Virus record (IMG/VR): IMGVR_UViG_3300023115_000022
Coordinates: 1 to 60,636 of that record
Reading direction: 5' to 3' (one strand)
Length of the DNA stretch: 60,636 nt
Origin: a virus
Lineage: Duplodnaviria; Caudoviricetes
Each line of letters opens with the position of its first letter. Within the stretch, counting starts at the first letter, position 1. The position numbers were made by a program, and so were the translations under genes. The notes beneath the pieces were generated by a model that worked only from the letters and a program-made list of their open reading frames with translations, did no database searches and was not told where the DNA came from. This document shows positions 21,001 through 30,195 of this stretch, in pieces.

Positions 21001-24000
21001 TGTCGTAGAGATTTACGTTTAATTATGAATGACATATCCTACGGTGCTGCACTAGGTAGTAACTTTAACAGTGTGCAAAATGGTATTGCATATACTAGAG
21101 CATATGCAAGCACAGTATTAGCTGATCAATTGGTAGAAACTACTGGCGCACTAGCAGAAGCAAAACGCCTAGTAAATATTAGTGTTACTACAGACGGGTC
21201 TAGTGCAACTGGATCTAGTACATTTGCTACAAGAACAGATGCAGCATTTGACGAAATTATAGACATTTTAGAAAACGGCGTTGCAGCAGCGGATGCAATA
21301 ACATATCCAGATCATGCAGGTGTTGTACAAAATCGCAAAGATGCTAAAGATAACTTAGTTGCAAACAGACAGTTTTTGATTGATGAAACTGTTGGCTGGA
21401 TAAATGCCCAGATTGCAGGCGCTGCAGGAATATGGGCTGGATTTACATACAACCAAGATAAATGCGCAAGAGATTTAGGTTATATTGTAGACGGTTTAGC
21501 ATATGATATAATGTATCAAGGTACATTAGCTACTACAAGAATTGCCCAAAGTTATTTTGACGACGATGGCAATATCCAAATTGCAGGTCAAGAAGCACAG
21601 CATGTAGCTATGTTTACGCAGTTGGCTTCAGTTATTGAAGATGTTGTGCAAGAAACAACTGTTACACCAACTTATAGTGCAACAGCTCAAACAAAACCTG
21701 GAACTCCTGCTACAGGCACAGAAGCAACAGAGTTAACAGCAAAAGTTACAATTGTTTCTAATGTTATCAATGCAGGTAATTTGACAGGACTGCCTAGTAT
21801 TGTATATCCAGACATTAGTAGTGAAACAGCAGAATTACAAGATGCTGTAAGCAATTTACAAAGCGATGCTGAAGATATTATACCTGATGTTATCCAATAT
21901 ATCAATACTACATACAATGATTTTAATTACGATCATGATAAGTGTCAACGAGATTTAAGAATTATACTTGATGCTGCTAGATATGACTGGATGCTAGGAT
22001 CGACATTTGCTTCAACTGTTGCTGCATGGTCATACTTGCGTAGACCTAGTGCAAAAGTTGTTGGTAATCAGAAAGAAGCTACTATTGCAGCTAATGAGTT
22101 TGCGAGAGTGCAATTGATATCGGCAATAACAAGCGCAAACAATAATAGTACTGCAAAAGACGGATTAAATGCAACATGGAAGTTAGTTCAAGATACAGTA
22201 TTTGGTGGTTCTAACGAAGGTGGCACACGCCAAGTAGAAGATGTAAATAGTTATAATGCTATATTACAACTAGAACGTAACAAAGAATTTATCGTAGACG
22301 AATTGCTTGCATATGTAGATAACTATTTCAAAACAACAGTTACAGATCAAAACGGCACTACTGATGTATTCACAGCTACAAGCACAGCGTGGATGAAACA
22401 GAACATGCCAATTAAGTTTGTAAATCCTGATGATAGCAGTGCGTCTGTTAGTGATGCTGGATTAAGTACATCAACTACATACTATGTGAGAGATATCTTA
22501 ACTCCTACTACATTTACTATATCAACCACAATAGGTGGTTCTAAACTAGATGTTGAAGATCACGAACATACTATGATTGTTCAGAAAGCCTACGAATATA
22601 ACAGAACTCTTTGTGCAAGAGATGTAAGAGAATATGTAGATGCTATGAAATGGGATTTAACATGGCCTCAGGAATTTGTAAGAGAATATACTGATAGCAT
22701 CTCTATAACACTACCATCTAACTATAAAACAAATCTTGCTACAAGATATTATGTAAACAGTGTAATAGGCTGTCAAGAAGAAGATTTCTATTACTTAAGA
22801 AATGGCACAGGTCTACGTTTACAAACATTAGACGGATTACAAGGAGACTTAGGGCCAAGAAATAGTTACGGTACAAGTCGTCCAACAGCAGGTGCATATG
22901 CATCTCTAGATCCAGGTTGGGGACCAGACGATACTCGTGCATGGATTATAGATCGTTCTCCATATGTACAAAACTGCACAACGTTTGGTTATGCAGCAGT
23001 TGGTCAAAAGATTGACGGTGCGTTACACAACGGCGGCAACGATTCGATTGTGTCAAACGACTTTACACAGGTTATATCTGATGGTATTGGGGCTTGGATC
23101 ACTAACAACGGTAGAGCAGAACTTGTGTCTGTGTTTACATACTACTCACATGTTGGTTATCTAGCAGAAAACGGTGGACGTATACGTGGTACTAACGGTA
23201 ATAACTCATACGGTGACTTTGGTTCTGTAGCAGAAGGTGTTGATCCAGAAGAAACAGCAGTAACAGCAGTAGTTGACAATGACAGTCAGTATAGAGCAAC
23301 AGTTGCTTCAGTTGTTACAGATCAAGTAGATGAAATACTACAAATAGAATATGAACATGCTGGTAATGATTATACTCAAGTAAGTATTAGTTTCTTTGGT
23401 CCGGGCGACAACGAAGAAGTTGAAGAAGACGAATTTAGAGATGATGGTATCAACAACGTTAGGATATTAGACTCTGATGATAGTACTGGCTCTGATCAAG
23501 GAGGCAGCGGATATACACTAGTATCTAATACAGCACAAGCTGGAACTAGTTCCAGCATAACAATTGCTGCTACAGACTCAAATTTGTCTACTGCATATCC
23601 AGGAATGATGCTATATATCATAGGCGGCTCAGCAGTTGGTCAGTTTGGTGTTATTGATACATATGATTCTGGAACTAAAATTGCTACAGTTGTTAGAGAA
23701 TCAGATGGAGCAGCAGGTTGGGATCATATGATTCCTGGTACAACTATAGTAAGTCCTACTTCTACTAGTGTATACCAAATCGAACCTAGAGTGCAATTTG
23801 ATGCACCACCAAGTGTCGACTCTGGTCATACATTACCTGCAGGAAATACTTGGAATGACATAAAATATTTTGAAACTACAAAACTTTATGAAGGTGTAAG
23901 TTCTACTACAACTTCTACTACAGGTAGTGGTGCAACTTTTGACGTTGAAAAAGTTTATACAAAATACTTTATAACTATAGATAGTGCAGGAACAAATTAT

Positions 24001-26073
24001 CAAAGATTAGATACAATTACAATACCTGGTACTAGCGTAGGCGGCACAACACCAGAAAACGATATTGAAATTACAGTAACAAGTATTAATTCTACAACAG
24101 GTGCTGTTGTTGAATTTGACTTTACTGGCGAGGCCAGAGGCGGTATGTTTATTGCACTTAGTGATACAACAGCTGGAGCATATAGCTGGGATGGCGAAAC
24201 ATGGTTAACTAACACTATGCCAAGCGCAGGCTCAGGCGGCACGTGGCACAGAACTGCTGATGGTTTAGTTGATGACGGATCTACAAGTTTTAGACCTAGT
24301 CAACTAGTTGCTGTTACCGACCAAACAAATGTAGTTGCATACACAACAGACGGAGTTACTTGGACTAGCGGTACTTTACCGGTAGGAATGACAGCAGCGT
24401 CTACAAAATATGTTGCATTTGCACAATTAGGAGCAGAAGGATTTACTAGACATGTTGTTATTTCTAATAATGATAGGGATGTTGCATACTCAGATGACGG
24501 CGGCACAACATGGCTGTTAACAACAAATGCATTACCAGGGACAGGTTATCAACACCTTACCTACGGAAAAGGATTGTTTGTTGCAATTTCAGATGCAGGA
24601 CAATCTACTTATTCTGAAGATGGCGTTACCTGGCTAGCGGGTTCAGGACCAAGTGCCGAAACCTACACAGACATGACATATGGTAAAAACAAATTTATTG
24701 CAGTTTCTAGCACAAACAATGCATACGCCTATAGTTTAGATGGTAAAAATTGGGTGGATAGTACATTGCCTGCAATAGCATCTCCTACCGCTTATACAAG
24801 AGTTACATATGGACAAGGCCTATTTGTAGCAACGCAAACGTCAACAGGATCTACTGTTGTTACTTCTGAAGATGGTATATACTGGACTCAAACAAATGTA
24901 ACCGCAGATCCAGGAACTCCTTCAGGACACGGTGCAATTGGATTTGGTAATCCAGGACGCAGTGGTATGTTTGCACTTTCGAGCAACGGCGGCAGCAAAA
25001 CACACGTTGTTAAGTTAAGAAAAGGCTGTAGAGCCAGAGGTAGAGTAAGTATTGCAAGCGAACGAATTTTCCAAATTCGTATTGTAGAACCTGGCTCAGG
25101 TTACTACAACAGAGTACCATTTATTACTATAACAGACCCTGGAAACATTTACGATGCTAACTTATTAGCAAGAAAAGCAAAGGGTGTATTAGCACAGCCG
25201 AGCTTTGTAAACAGAGGAACCGGTTTTACAGCAGCAACAGCAGACATTGATCAAATTGGCAGTAACGGTAGTGCCGATTTCTTCCAAACAGGCTCATATA
25301 TTGCTGTAAGAAGACTAAGCAAACGTCCTGTAGAAGGATCAAACGTTGTGTTTGACAGCCAACCAGGAACAACATATAAACTAGTTAATGTGCTTTCCTT
25401 TATAGGCAGCAACGACGGCTCATATAAAGCAATACTACAAGTTTCACCTGATGTAGATACAACAATAACATTACCTGATGCAGATCCAGTAACAATGCGT
25501 ATTCGCTACTCGCAAGTACGTCTTACAGGTCACGACTTCCTAGATATAGGTACAGGTAACTTTAGCAAAACAAATTATCCAGGTTTACCTACGGTAGATC
25601 CTGACCCTGATAACGAAACAGTACAGTCAAATGGCGGACGAGTGTTCTACACAAGTACTGACCAAGATGGTAACTTTAGAGTTGGTGATTTGTTTACTAT
25701 TGAGCAAGCAACAGGTGTTGCAACACTAAATGCAGAAGCATTTAACATTGCAGGCTTGCAAGAACTTACACTAGGTGAGGTTACACTCGGTGGTAACTCA
25801 GCAAGTATTACAGAATTCAGTACAGATCCATTCTTTACTGCAAACAGTGATACTGTTGTTCCTACACAAAGAGCTGTAAAAGCATACATCGAATCACAAA
25901 TTGGTGGCGGTGGTGCGTCACTTAATGTTAACAGTGTAACAGCAGGTGACATTTTCATCGGAGGCAATAGTATTTACAACGTCGCAGGCGGCGTGATAAA
26001 TATTACTGCTAACATTAACTTCGTTGGCGATGTAACTGGTATACCAATAGCATATAACTATTTCTTAAGATAA
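18016..26073 (+). CDS. giant virion protein (2685 aa): CBM5/12-like repeats, six helical C-x-(R/Q)-D repeats, beta-helix core, Asp-box propeller
   Basis: MAEFKL N-terminus shared with the upstream paralogue; repeat Cys codons at 19615, 20515, 21001, 21463, 21943, 22612. Confidence 0.7.
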   Translation: MAEFKLGRIRFVWKGDWATSTTYYKDDVVAVGGRMYICTIGHSSSPDFFTDFDIVPPKWNLVSDGLNWSGTWQTGTAYSYNDVVEYGGRLYICNTVHTSADDSTQGLEADSANWTIFSEGLAWKGDWTPATRYIENDLVKYGGQTFVCNTYHTSAATEALGLEQDIGNWDYFNRGLEYKSSWTPDTKWKINDVVNYGAVLWICTTDHSGTTSFAADSSNWEQFVRGFQFENDWSPNITYNVGDVVRYGGNQYIAKTNHIAQNPFSQTDDWDIFLEGLRWKGEWGDDSANQDYRAGDLISHSGYNYICIADNSNQEPPNATYWNVFSYGIKWRGEWLDDQKYYAGDAVRYGSNSYICIQGHISEGDDFSTETPTDPGGGAQNSRPDLDVNQTYWNILSIGSEQSVLTTTGDMVYYSGSGPARLPVGENGQVLTVNSDSIPEWAYLGAADDVYYVAEHGVDSPFPEYGRTLDRPFASIRYAAKQVEQGAKNPNARRLLEANRRFIQREIVEWIEYQIDNAGVGSIWENFDYDTKKCERDMGLIVDAAVWDITHGGNVRSREAALSYINDTTGSPYLTQKAQTTAAINYGLTVIQAVLNQTAPTTNYQVTNGDNSTAIVTQDVTGTASESGVYTEIAGLVGIITDAITAGNDDDLPVRLERTTLIKVSTGKYYEMLPIIVPALCCVMGDELRATNVQPRKESNTTLTPKTDAIYSIQSFNRLEEIIGDIVRGVSVTPTTGNTTTQSAEFPFGEADQEAAVKQLARVIKNNANFGISEKNNVTFPGVDTIHDANYAYARDLIIANKDFIKEEVTGYIADQYQSDPTSASYLYYSKTKCKQDVGYIIDAICYDLSYQGNWQSVNAGLAYFNGNSGTLQIAGSEKTATLAAYAFLSNLLQTISRNITVTPLYNTKGLTQTNGEAGSAAAATTISNLMTNITDIINLGPGSAPTITYPDLSGVSIPLQTAGDACLNALPNIQEQTIDFISKNFGSFKYNSAQCRRDLRLIMNDISYGAALGSNFNSVQNGIAYTRAYASTVLADQLVETTGALAEAKRLVNISVTTDGSSATGSSTFATRTDAAFDEIIDILENGVAAADAITYPDHAGVVQNRKDAKDNLVANRQFLIDETVGWINAQIAGAAGIWAGFTYNQDKCARDLGYIVDGLAYDIMYQGTLATTRIAQSYFDDDGNIQIAGQEAQHVAMFTQLASVIEDVVQETTVTPTYSATAQTKPGTPATGTEATELTAKVTIVSNVINAGNLTGLPSIVYPDISSETAELQDAVSNLQSDAEDIIPDVIQYINTTYNDFNYDHDKCQRDLRIILDAARYDWMLGSTFASTVAAWSYLRRPSAKVVGNQKEATIAANEFARVQLISAITSANNNSTAKDGLNATWKLVQDTVFGGSNEGGTRQVEDVNSYNAILQLERNKEFIVDELLAYVDNYFKTTVTDQNGTTDVFTATSTAWMKQNMPIKFVNPDDSSASVSDAGLSTSTTYYVRDILTPTTFTISTTIGGSKLDVEDHEHTMIVQKAYEYNRTLCARDVREYVDAMKWDLTWPQEFVREYTDSISITLPSNYKTNLATRYYVNSVIGCQEEDFYYLRNGTGLRLQTLDGLQGDLGPRNSYGTSRPTAGAYASLDPGWGPDDTRAWIIDRSPYVQNCTTFGYAAVGQKIDGALHNGGNDSIVSNDFTQVISDGIGAWITNNGRAELVSVFTYYSHVGYLAENGGRIRGTNGNNSYGDFGSVAEGVDPEETAVTAVVDNDSQYRATVASVVTDQVDEILQIEYEHAGNDYTQVSISFFGPGDNEEVEEDEFRDDGINNVRILDSDDSTGSDQGGSGYTLVSNTAQAGTSSSITIAATDSNLSTAYPGMMLYIIGGSAVGQFGVIDTYDSGTKIATVVRESDGAAGWDHMIPGTTIVSPTSTSVYQIEPRVQFDAPPSVDSGHTLPAGNTWNDIKYFETTKLYEGVSSTTTSTTGSGATFDVEKVYTKYFITIDSAGTNYQRLDTITIPGTSVGGTTPENDIEITVTSINSTTGAVVEFDFTGEARGGMFIALSDTTAGAYSWDGETWLTNTMPSAGSGGTWHRTADGLVDDGSTSFRPSQLVAVTDQTNVVAYTTDGVTWTSGTLPVGMTAASTKYVAFAQLGAEGFTRHVVISNNDRDVAYSDDGGTTWLLTTNALPGTGYQHLTYGKGLFVAISDAGQSTYSEDGVTWLAGSGPSAETYTDMTYGKNKFIAVSSTNNAYAYSLDGKNWVDSTLPAIASPTAYTRVTYGQGLFVATQTSTGSTVVTSEDGIYWTQTNVTADPGTPSGHGAIGFGNPGRSGMFALSSNGGSKTHVVKLRKGCRARGRVSIASERIFQIRIVEPGSGYYNRVPFITITDPGNIYDANLLARKAKGVLAQPSFVNRGTGFTAATADIDQIGSNGSADFFQTGSYIAVRRLSKRPVEGSNVVFDSQPGTTYKLVNVLSFIGSNDGSYKAILQVSPDVDTTITLPDADPVTMRIRYSQVRLTGHDFLDIGTGNFSKTNYPGLPTVDPDPDNETVQSNGGRVFYTSTDQDGNFRVGDLFTIEQATGVATLNAEAFNIAGLQELTLGEVTLGGNSASITEFSTDPFFTANSDTVVPTQRAVKAYIESQIGGGGASLNVNSVTAGDIFIGGNSIYNVAGGVINITANINFVGDVTGIPIAYNYFLR

Positions 26074-26090
26074 TGAGAGGATAAAAGAAA

Positions 26091-26417
26091 ATGGCCACAG
26101 GAAGATTAGGAGCAACAACGTTAAGTGCAAGTACTAATGCTACATTGTATACTGTTCCTGCAGATACTTTTTCAGTTGTAACTGTAAGTATTTGTAATAG
26201 AAACGGATCAGATGCGCAGGTAAGATTAGCACTAGCAGCAGCAGATACTCCAACAAATGACGAATATTTAGAGTACGATGTTACACTTGTTGGTAACGGC
26301 GTAGTAGAAAGAACAGGCATCGTAATGGATACAGGAAAAAAGATTGTTGCTTACTCAAGTGCATCTAATGTATCTGTTGTTGTGTACGGTATCGAAACAT
26401 CAACAGTAACAGTATAA
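26091..26417 (+). CDS. small beta-rich structural protein (108 aa)
   Basis: YTVPA...SICNR...ERTGIVM pattern; third member of the small-protein family. Confidence 0.6.
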   Translation: MATGRLGATTLSASTNATLYTVPADTFSVVTVSICNRNGSDAQVRLALAAADTPTNDEYLEYDVTLVGNGVVERTGIVMDTGKKIVAYSSASNVSVVVYGIETSTVTV

Positions 26418-26428
26418 GAGGATAAAAA

Positions 26429-27376
26429 ATGGCACGTAAACTATCAACAGGTATAACAGGAAATACGCTATTAGGAACATTGGCTGTTGTAACCGACAAT
26501 ACTATTACTTCAATTGGAACTAATCAAAATTTGATTATTGATCCAAATGGTAGTGGGCAAACTAATGTCGTAGGTACATTACAAATCCAAAACGCAAATA
26601 GTTTAAAATTAGCTGACAGTGATAATAGTAATACTATTAGTATAAAATCACCTGGATCACTTGCAGCAGATTATACACTTACGATGCCAGCTGATGACGG
26701 CACTAGCAATCAAATACTACAAACAGATGGCTCAGGCAATCTAAGTTGGGTTGACAAAACAATTAATGTAAGCGATGATACCACTACGAACAGTACATTT
26801 TATCCTCTATTTACAAGTTCTACAAGCGGCACTATAACAGCAGCTACGGTATCTAGTTCTAAGTTAAGATTCAATCCTAGTGCCGGAACAATGACTGTTG
26901 GTATTGTTACAGGTAGTACAAGCGCATCAGCAAACTTAGTGTTACGCAGTACTACAAATGGTTCTAAAGGTCAAGTATACATAGACGAAGGCACAGCAAG
27001 TTCTAGTACTTCTACAGGAGCACTTAGAGTTGCAGGCGGTGTAGGAATTGCAGGAAGTGTTTTTATAGGCGGTACAATGAGTGCAGCTACTATTTCTGAA
27101 ACATCAAGTATAACATTAAAAGAAAATATAAATCCTATACAAAATGCTCTTGATAGCATTGCCCAACTAGCTGGTGTAATATACGATCGTAAAGACGGTA
27201 GTTCGAAAGATGAAGCTGGGTTAATTGCTGAAGATGTAAATCAAGTATTGCCTAATCTAGTTACAAAAGATGAAAATGGTAATCCTCAGTCAATTATGTA
27301 TACTAAACTAAGTGCATATCTTATTGAAGCAGTAAAAGAATTAAAAGACGAAATTTATAAACTTAAGAGAACATAA
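26429..27376 (+). CDS. tail fibre protein with C-terminal intramolecular chaperone (peptidase S74-like) domain
   Basis: ETSSITLKENINPIQNAL...GLIAEDV..VLP.LV...Y.KL...LIEAVKEL coiled-coil end; TGALRVAGGVGIAG fibre motif. Confidence 0.85.
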   Translation: MARKLSTGITGNTLLGTLAVVTDNTITSIGTNQNLIIDPNGSGQTNVVGTLQIQNANSLKLADSDNSNTISIKSPGSLAADYTLTMPADDGTSNQILQTDGSGNLSWVDKTINVSDDTTTNSTFYPLFTSSTSGTITAATVSSSKLRFNPSAGTMTVGIVTGSTSASANLVLRSTTNGSKGQVYIDEGTASSSTSTGALRVAGGVGIAGSVFIGGTMSAATISETSSITLKENINPIQNALDSIAQLAGVIYDRKDGSSKDEAGLIAEDVNQVLPNLVTKDENGNPQSIMYTKLSAYLIEAVKELKDEIYKLKRT

Positions 27377-27378
27377 TA

Positions 27379-28260
27379 ATGGCAACACTTAAAAACTCCG
27401 CAATCTCAGGCTCGTTGACACTGCCAAGTGGAACTTCAGCCCAAAGGCCTTCTAGTCCTCCAGAAGGCTCAATGAGATACAACACAGATTATAATATGTG
27501 CGAATACTATTATAACGGTGCTTGGATGTTTTTAACAGAAGGTCGAGGAGCAATTCCAAGAGATGGCATGATTTTAGAACTAAGTTATGATGATGCTAAC
27601 AGTTGGCCTGGTAGCGGTACTACTTGGTACGACACAAGTGGACAAAACAATCATTTTAGAATAGCAAGCGGTTGTCCTGATGCAGGACAGCAAGCAATGA
27701 ACTTCAGTACAAACTCTCTTAATGCAAAATATCAAACCAACTCTACAGATTTACCAGGAGTTCCTGGAAGCGGCGGGCAATGTACATACGTATGTGTAAC
27801 ACGTATACTCAATGATACTAGTCAATGGCGCACACTTACAAGAAGCTGGAATGCAGATCACCATGTTATTATACAAAGTGGTGGTTGGGATATAGGAATG
27901 TATGACAACGATGGCTCCGGGTTTCTCGACGCTGGTGGCCCTAATCAAAATCAACTTTACGGATATCCTGACAGATATATGGCGTGTGTATGGCGCTGGC
28001 AAGACAGTGATCAACCTACATATGCATTTAATTGTATGAGCGCCCAACAAGGTATATACACAGGTAGTTTTAATAATTCTAACGGACGTTATAACAGAGG
28101 ATTTAGTGTCCTTGGCGGATACCACAGTGGCTCTAATGATGTCACCGTAGGATCTCAACCTTGGGGATGGATTAAATATTTTGCTTGTTACAACCGTAGG
28201 TTAAGTGACGATGAAACACAACTAGTAATTACTGCAATGAGAGCAAGGTACAACATATAA
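27379..28260 (+). CDS. fibre/receptor-binding protein with ConA-like (LamG) lectin domain
   Basis: D.NSWPGSGTTWYDTSG start and YNRRLSDDE...ARYNI end typical of phage LamG domains. Confidence 0.7.
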   Translation: MATLKNSAISGSLTLPSGTSAQRPSSPPEGSMRYNTDYNMCEYYYNGAWMFLTEGRGAIPRDGMILELSYDDANSWPGSGTTWYDTSGQNNHFRIASGCPDAGQQAMNFSTNSLNAKYQTNSTDLPGVPGSGGQCTYVCVTRILNDTSQWRTLTRSWNADHHVIIQSGGWDIGMYDNDGSGFLDAGGPNQNQLYGYPDRYMACVWRWQDSDQPTYAFNCMSAQQGIYTGSFNNSNGRYNRGFSVLGGYHSGSNDVTVGSQPWGWIKYFACYNRRLSDDETQLVITAMRARYNI

Positions 28261-28269
28261 GGACAGTCA

Positions 28270-30195
28270 ATGGCAACATTAAACAGCACAACAATTAATG
28301 ATACAGGCTACTTAGCCCTGCCAGTAGGCACAACAGCGCAACGAGGAACAGAAGCAGCAGGAACACTTGTATATTTTACAAGCGTAGGAACAACCAGTTG
28401 GACAGTTCCGTCTAACGTTGACACCGTTGAAGTGTTAGTTGTTGGCGGAGGCGGCGGAGGCGGCTCTGACATGGGCGGCGGCGGAGGCGGCGGAGGCGTT
28501 GTCTACGAAGGTGCTTATAATGTAAACGCAGGAGAAACAATTACAGTTACCGTTGGAGGCGGCGGGTCTGGTGCTCCAGCAGGACAAGGACAAGTTAGAG
28601 GTTCAAACGGCGGAAATTCGGTATTTGGATCTATCACTGCTTATGGCGGAGGCGGTGGAGCATCGAGACACGATGGTTCAGGCGCACCAGCAGGTGATGG
28701 TGCAAGTGGCGGTGGAGCATCGGGTGGTAGAGGTAACGGAACTCCAGCAGCTAATGCATCCGGATACGGTGGCGGCAACAGAGGTCGTCAAATATACAAT
28801 CAAGGTAACGATGGTGCGTGGGGAGATGGTTATTGGTACCCAGGCGGCGGTGGCGGCGCAGGCCAAATTGGATTTACTAATCCTGCACACGGAGGCAATG
28901 GCGTTCCAAATAATATTACTGGTAGTATTATCTACTGGGGCGGCGGCGGAGGTGGTTCCGGCTACTCAGGGCGAGGCGGCGATGGTGGCCTAGGTGGAGG
29001 CGGTGGCGGAGCCGTCAACACAACATACGGGGGTAATGGATATAACAATGGATCCGGCGGTGGTGGCGGAGGCACTAGCACATGGGCACAAACACCAGGC
29101 GGTAACGCAGGTGCAAATACTGGCGGTGGCGGTGGCGGCGGTTCTCACTACAACGCAGGAAACCAAGGTGGCACAGGTGGTTCTGGTATTGTTATTGTAA
29201 AATATAACACACAAGCAGGCGGCGTTGCACCTAATGCAGGTAGTATGCGTGTAAACACAGATACTGGAGCAGCAGAATTTTACAGTGCTACAGGAACATG
29301 GAATAGCATGGCTATTCCTTTTAAAATCAGAACTGTTATTACCCATCATTTTATGGCCGGCGGATATAAAAGTTCAAGTGCATGGAACAATGTAAACAGA
29401 ACTACGCAAGCGACAGATACTACATTAAATTTAGGTGACGGTAGTATTACTAGATCTTTTAACTATCAAGGCGGAGCATGTGGTAAACACGTTGGATTTA
29501 TCTTTGGTGCTGGTAACGGACATGCTGTAAGTTCTAACGTAATTGTTGCATTTAACATGCGTACAGAACAAGCATACACAGGACATGTAAGTCAAGCAGG
29601 AAGCTATAACGGACTAAACAAAGGTACAGTTTTTTGGGAAACCTACTACAGTTGGACTACTGGAGGCGGAAGTTCTAACATTGACGAGTATAACCTAACT
29701 ACAGAAACTCTAACACAAACTATTGGTGGTTGGAGTAGCACAAACCAATGGGGTATGAGCTCAGAGCATGAAGCATATTTTTATTGGGAGAATGATTCAA
29801 GAGTATGGACATACACCACAAGAACAGCAAGAAGTTCACCAAGCGGACAACCTTGTAATCACCATCAGCAAAAAGCAGTCCAGTCTAAATTAAACTACGG
29901 TTGGGCAGGCAATGAAGGTTCTTGGAACGGTGGCTACAATCTACGTAGAACAAACTTTGTAACTCACCAAGCCAATCAAGGTACTTATGGTAAACCGAGC
30001 GGCAACTCCGGAGAAGAAAACTTCTCAATGGGACAAGACTGGCAATATATGTTAGGCATGTACAATGGATTACAGAACAACATTTCGTGGAAATGGCAAT
30101 ATTATACTGAAACCGGATTCCAGGGAGGATCTACACTAGAACCTAAAGGAAAAGCTGGTTCAAGTTCTGGATTCTGCTGGTGGAGAGGAGACTAA
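28270..30195 (+). CDS. fibre/receptor-binding protein with glycine-rich domain and propeller-like C-terminus (641 aa)
   Basis: VEVLVVGGGGGG...GGSGIVIVKY glycine-rich domain; C-terminal half paralogous to the next gene. Confidence 0.7.
   Translation: MATLNSTTINDTGYLALPVGTTAQRGTEAAGTLVYFTSVGTTSWTVPSNVDTVEVLVVGGGGGGGSDMGGGGGGGGVVYEGAYNVNAGETITVTVGGGGSGAPAGQGQVRGSNGGNSVFGSITAYGGGGGASRHDGSGAPAGDGASGGGASGGRGNGTPAANASGYGGGNRGRQIYNQGNDGAWGDGYWYPGGGGGAGQIGFTNPAHGGNGVPNNITGSIIYWGGGGGGSGYSGRGGDGGLGGGGGGAVNTTYGGNGYNNGSGGGGGGTSTWAQTPGGNAGANTGGGGGGGSHYNAGNQGGTGGSGIVIVKYNTQAGGVAPNAGSMRVNTDTGAAEFYSATGTWNSMAIPFKIRTVITHHFMAGGYKSSSAWNNVNRTTQATDTTLNLGDGSITRSFNYQGGACGKHVGFIFGAGNGHAVSSNVIVAFNMRTEQAYTGHVSQAGSYNGLNKGTVFWETYYSWTTGGGSSNIDEYNLTTETLTQTIGGWSSTNQWGMSSEHEAYFYWENDSRVWTYTTRTARSSPSGQPCNHHQQKAVQSKLNYGWAGNEGSWNGGYNLRRTNFVTHQANQGTYGKPSGNSGEENFSMGQDWQYMLGMYNGLQNNISWKWQYYTETGFQGGSTLEPKGKAGSSSGFCWWRGD

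Noticed and set aside
19480-22760. Concluding that the host is a cyanobacterium from the phycobiliprotein-like repeats
   Set aside because: No photosynthesis or bilin-synthesis genes are in the window and the similarity is motif-level only; the host cannot be assigned
11996-26073. Inteins or introns explaining the giant ORFs
   Set aside because: No intein splice-junction or LAGLIDADG motifs seen; frames are continuous and the length is accounted for by repeats and inserted domains
28430-29200. GC-rich stretch as a horizontally acquired island or collagen-like repeat
   Set aside because: The GC rise is explained by poly-Gly codons of a glycine-rich fibre domain; no Gly-X-Y periodicity
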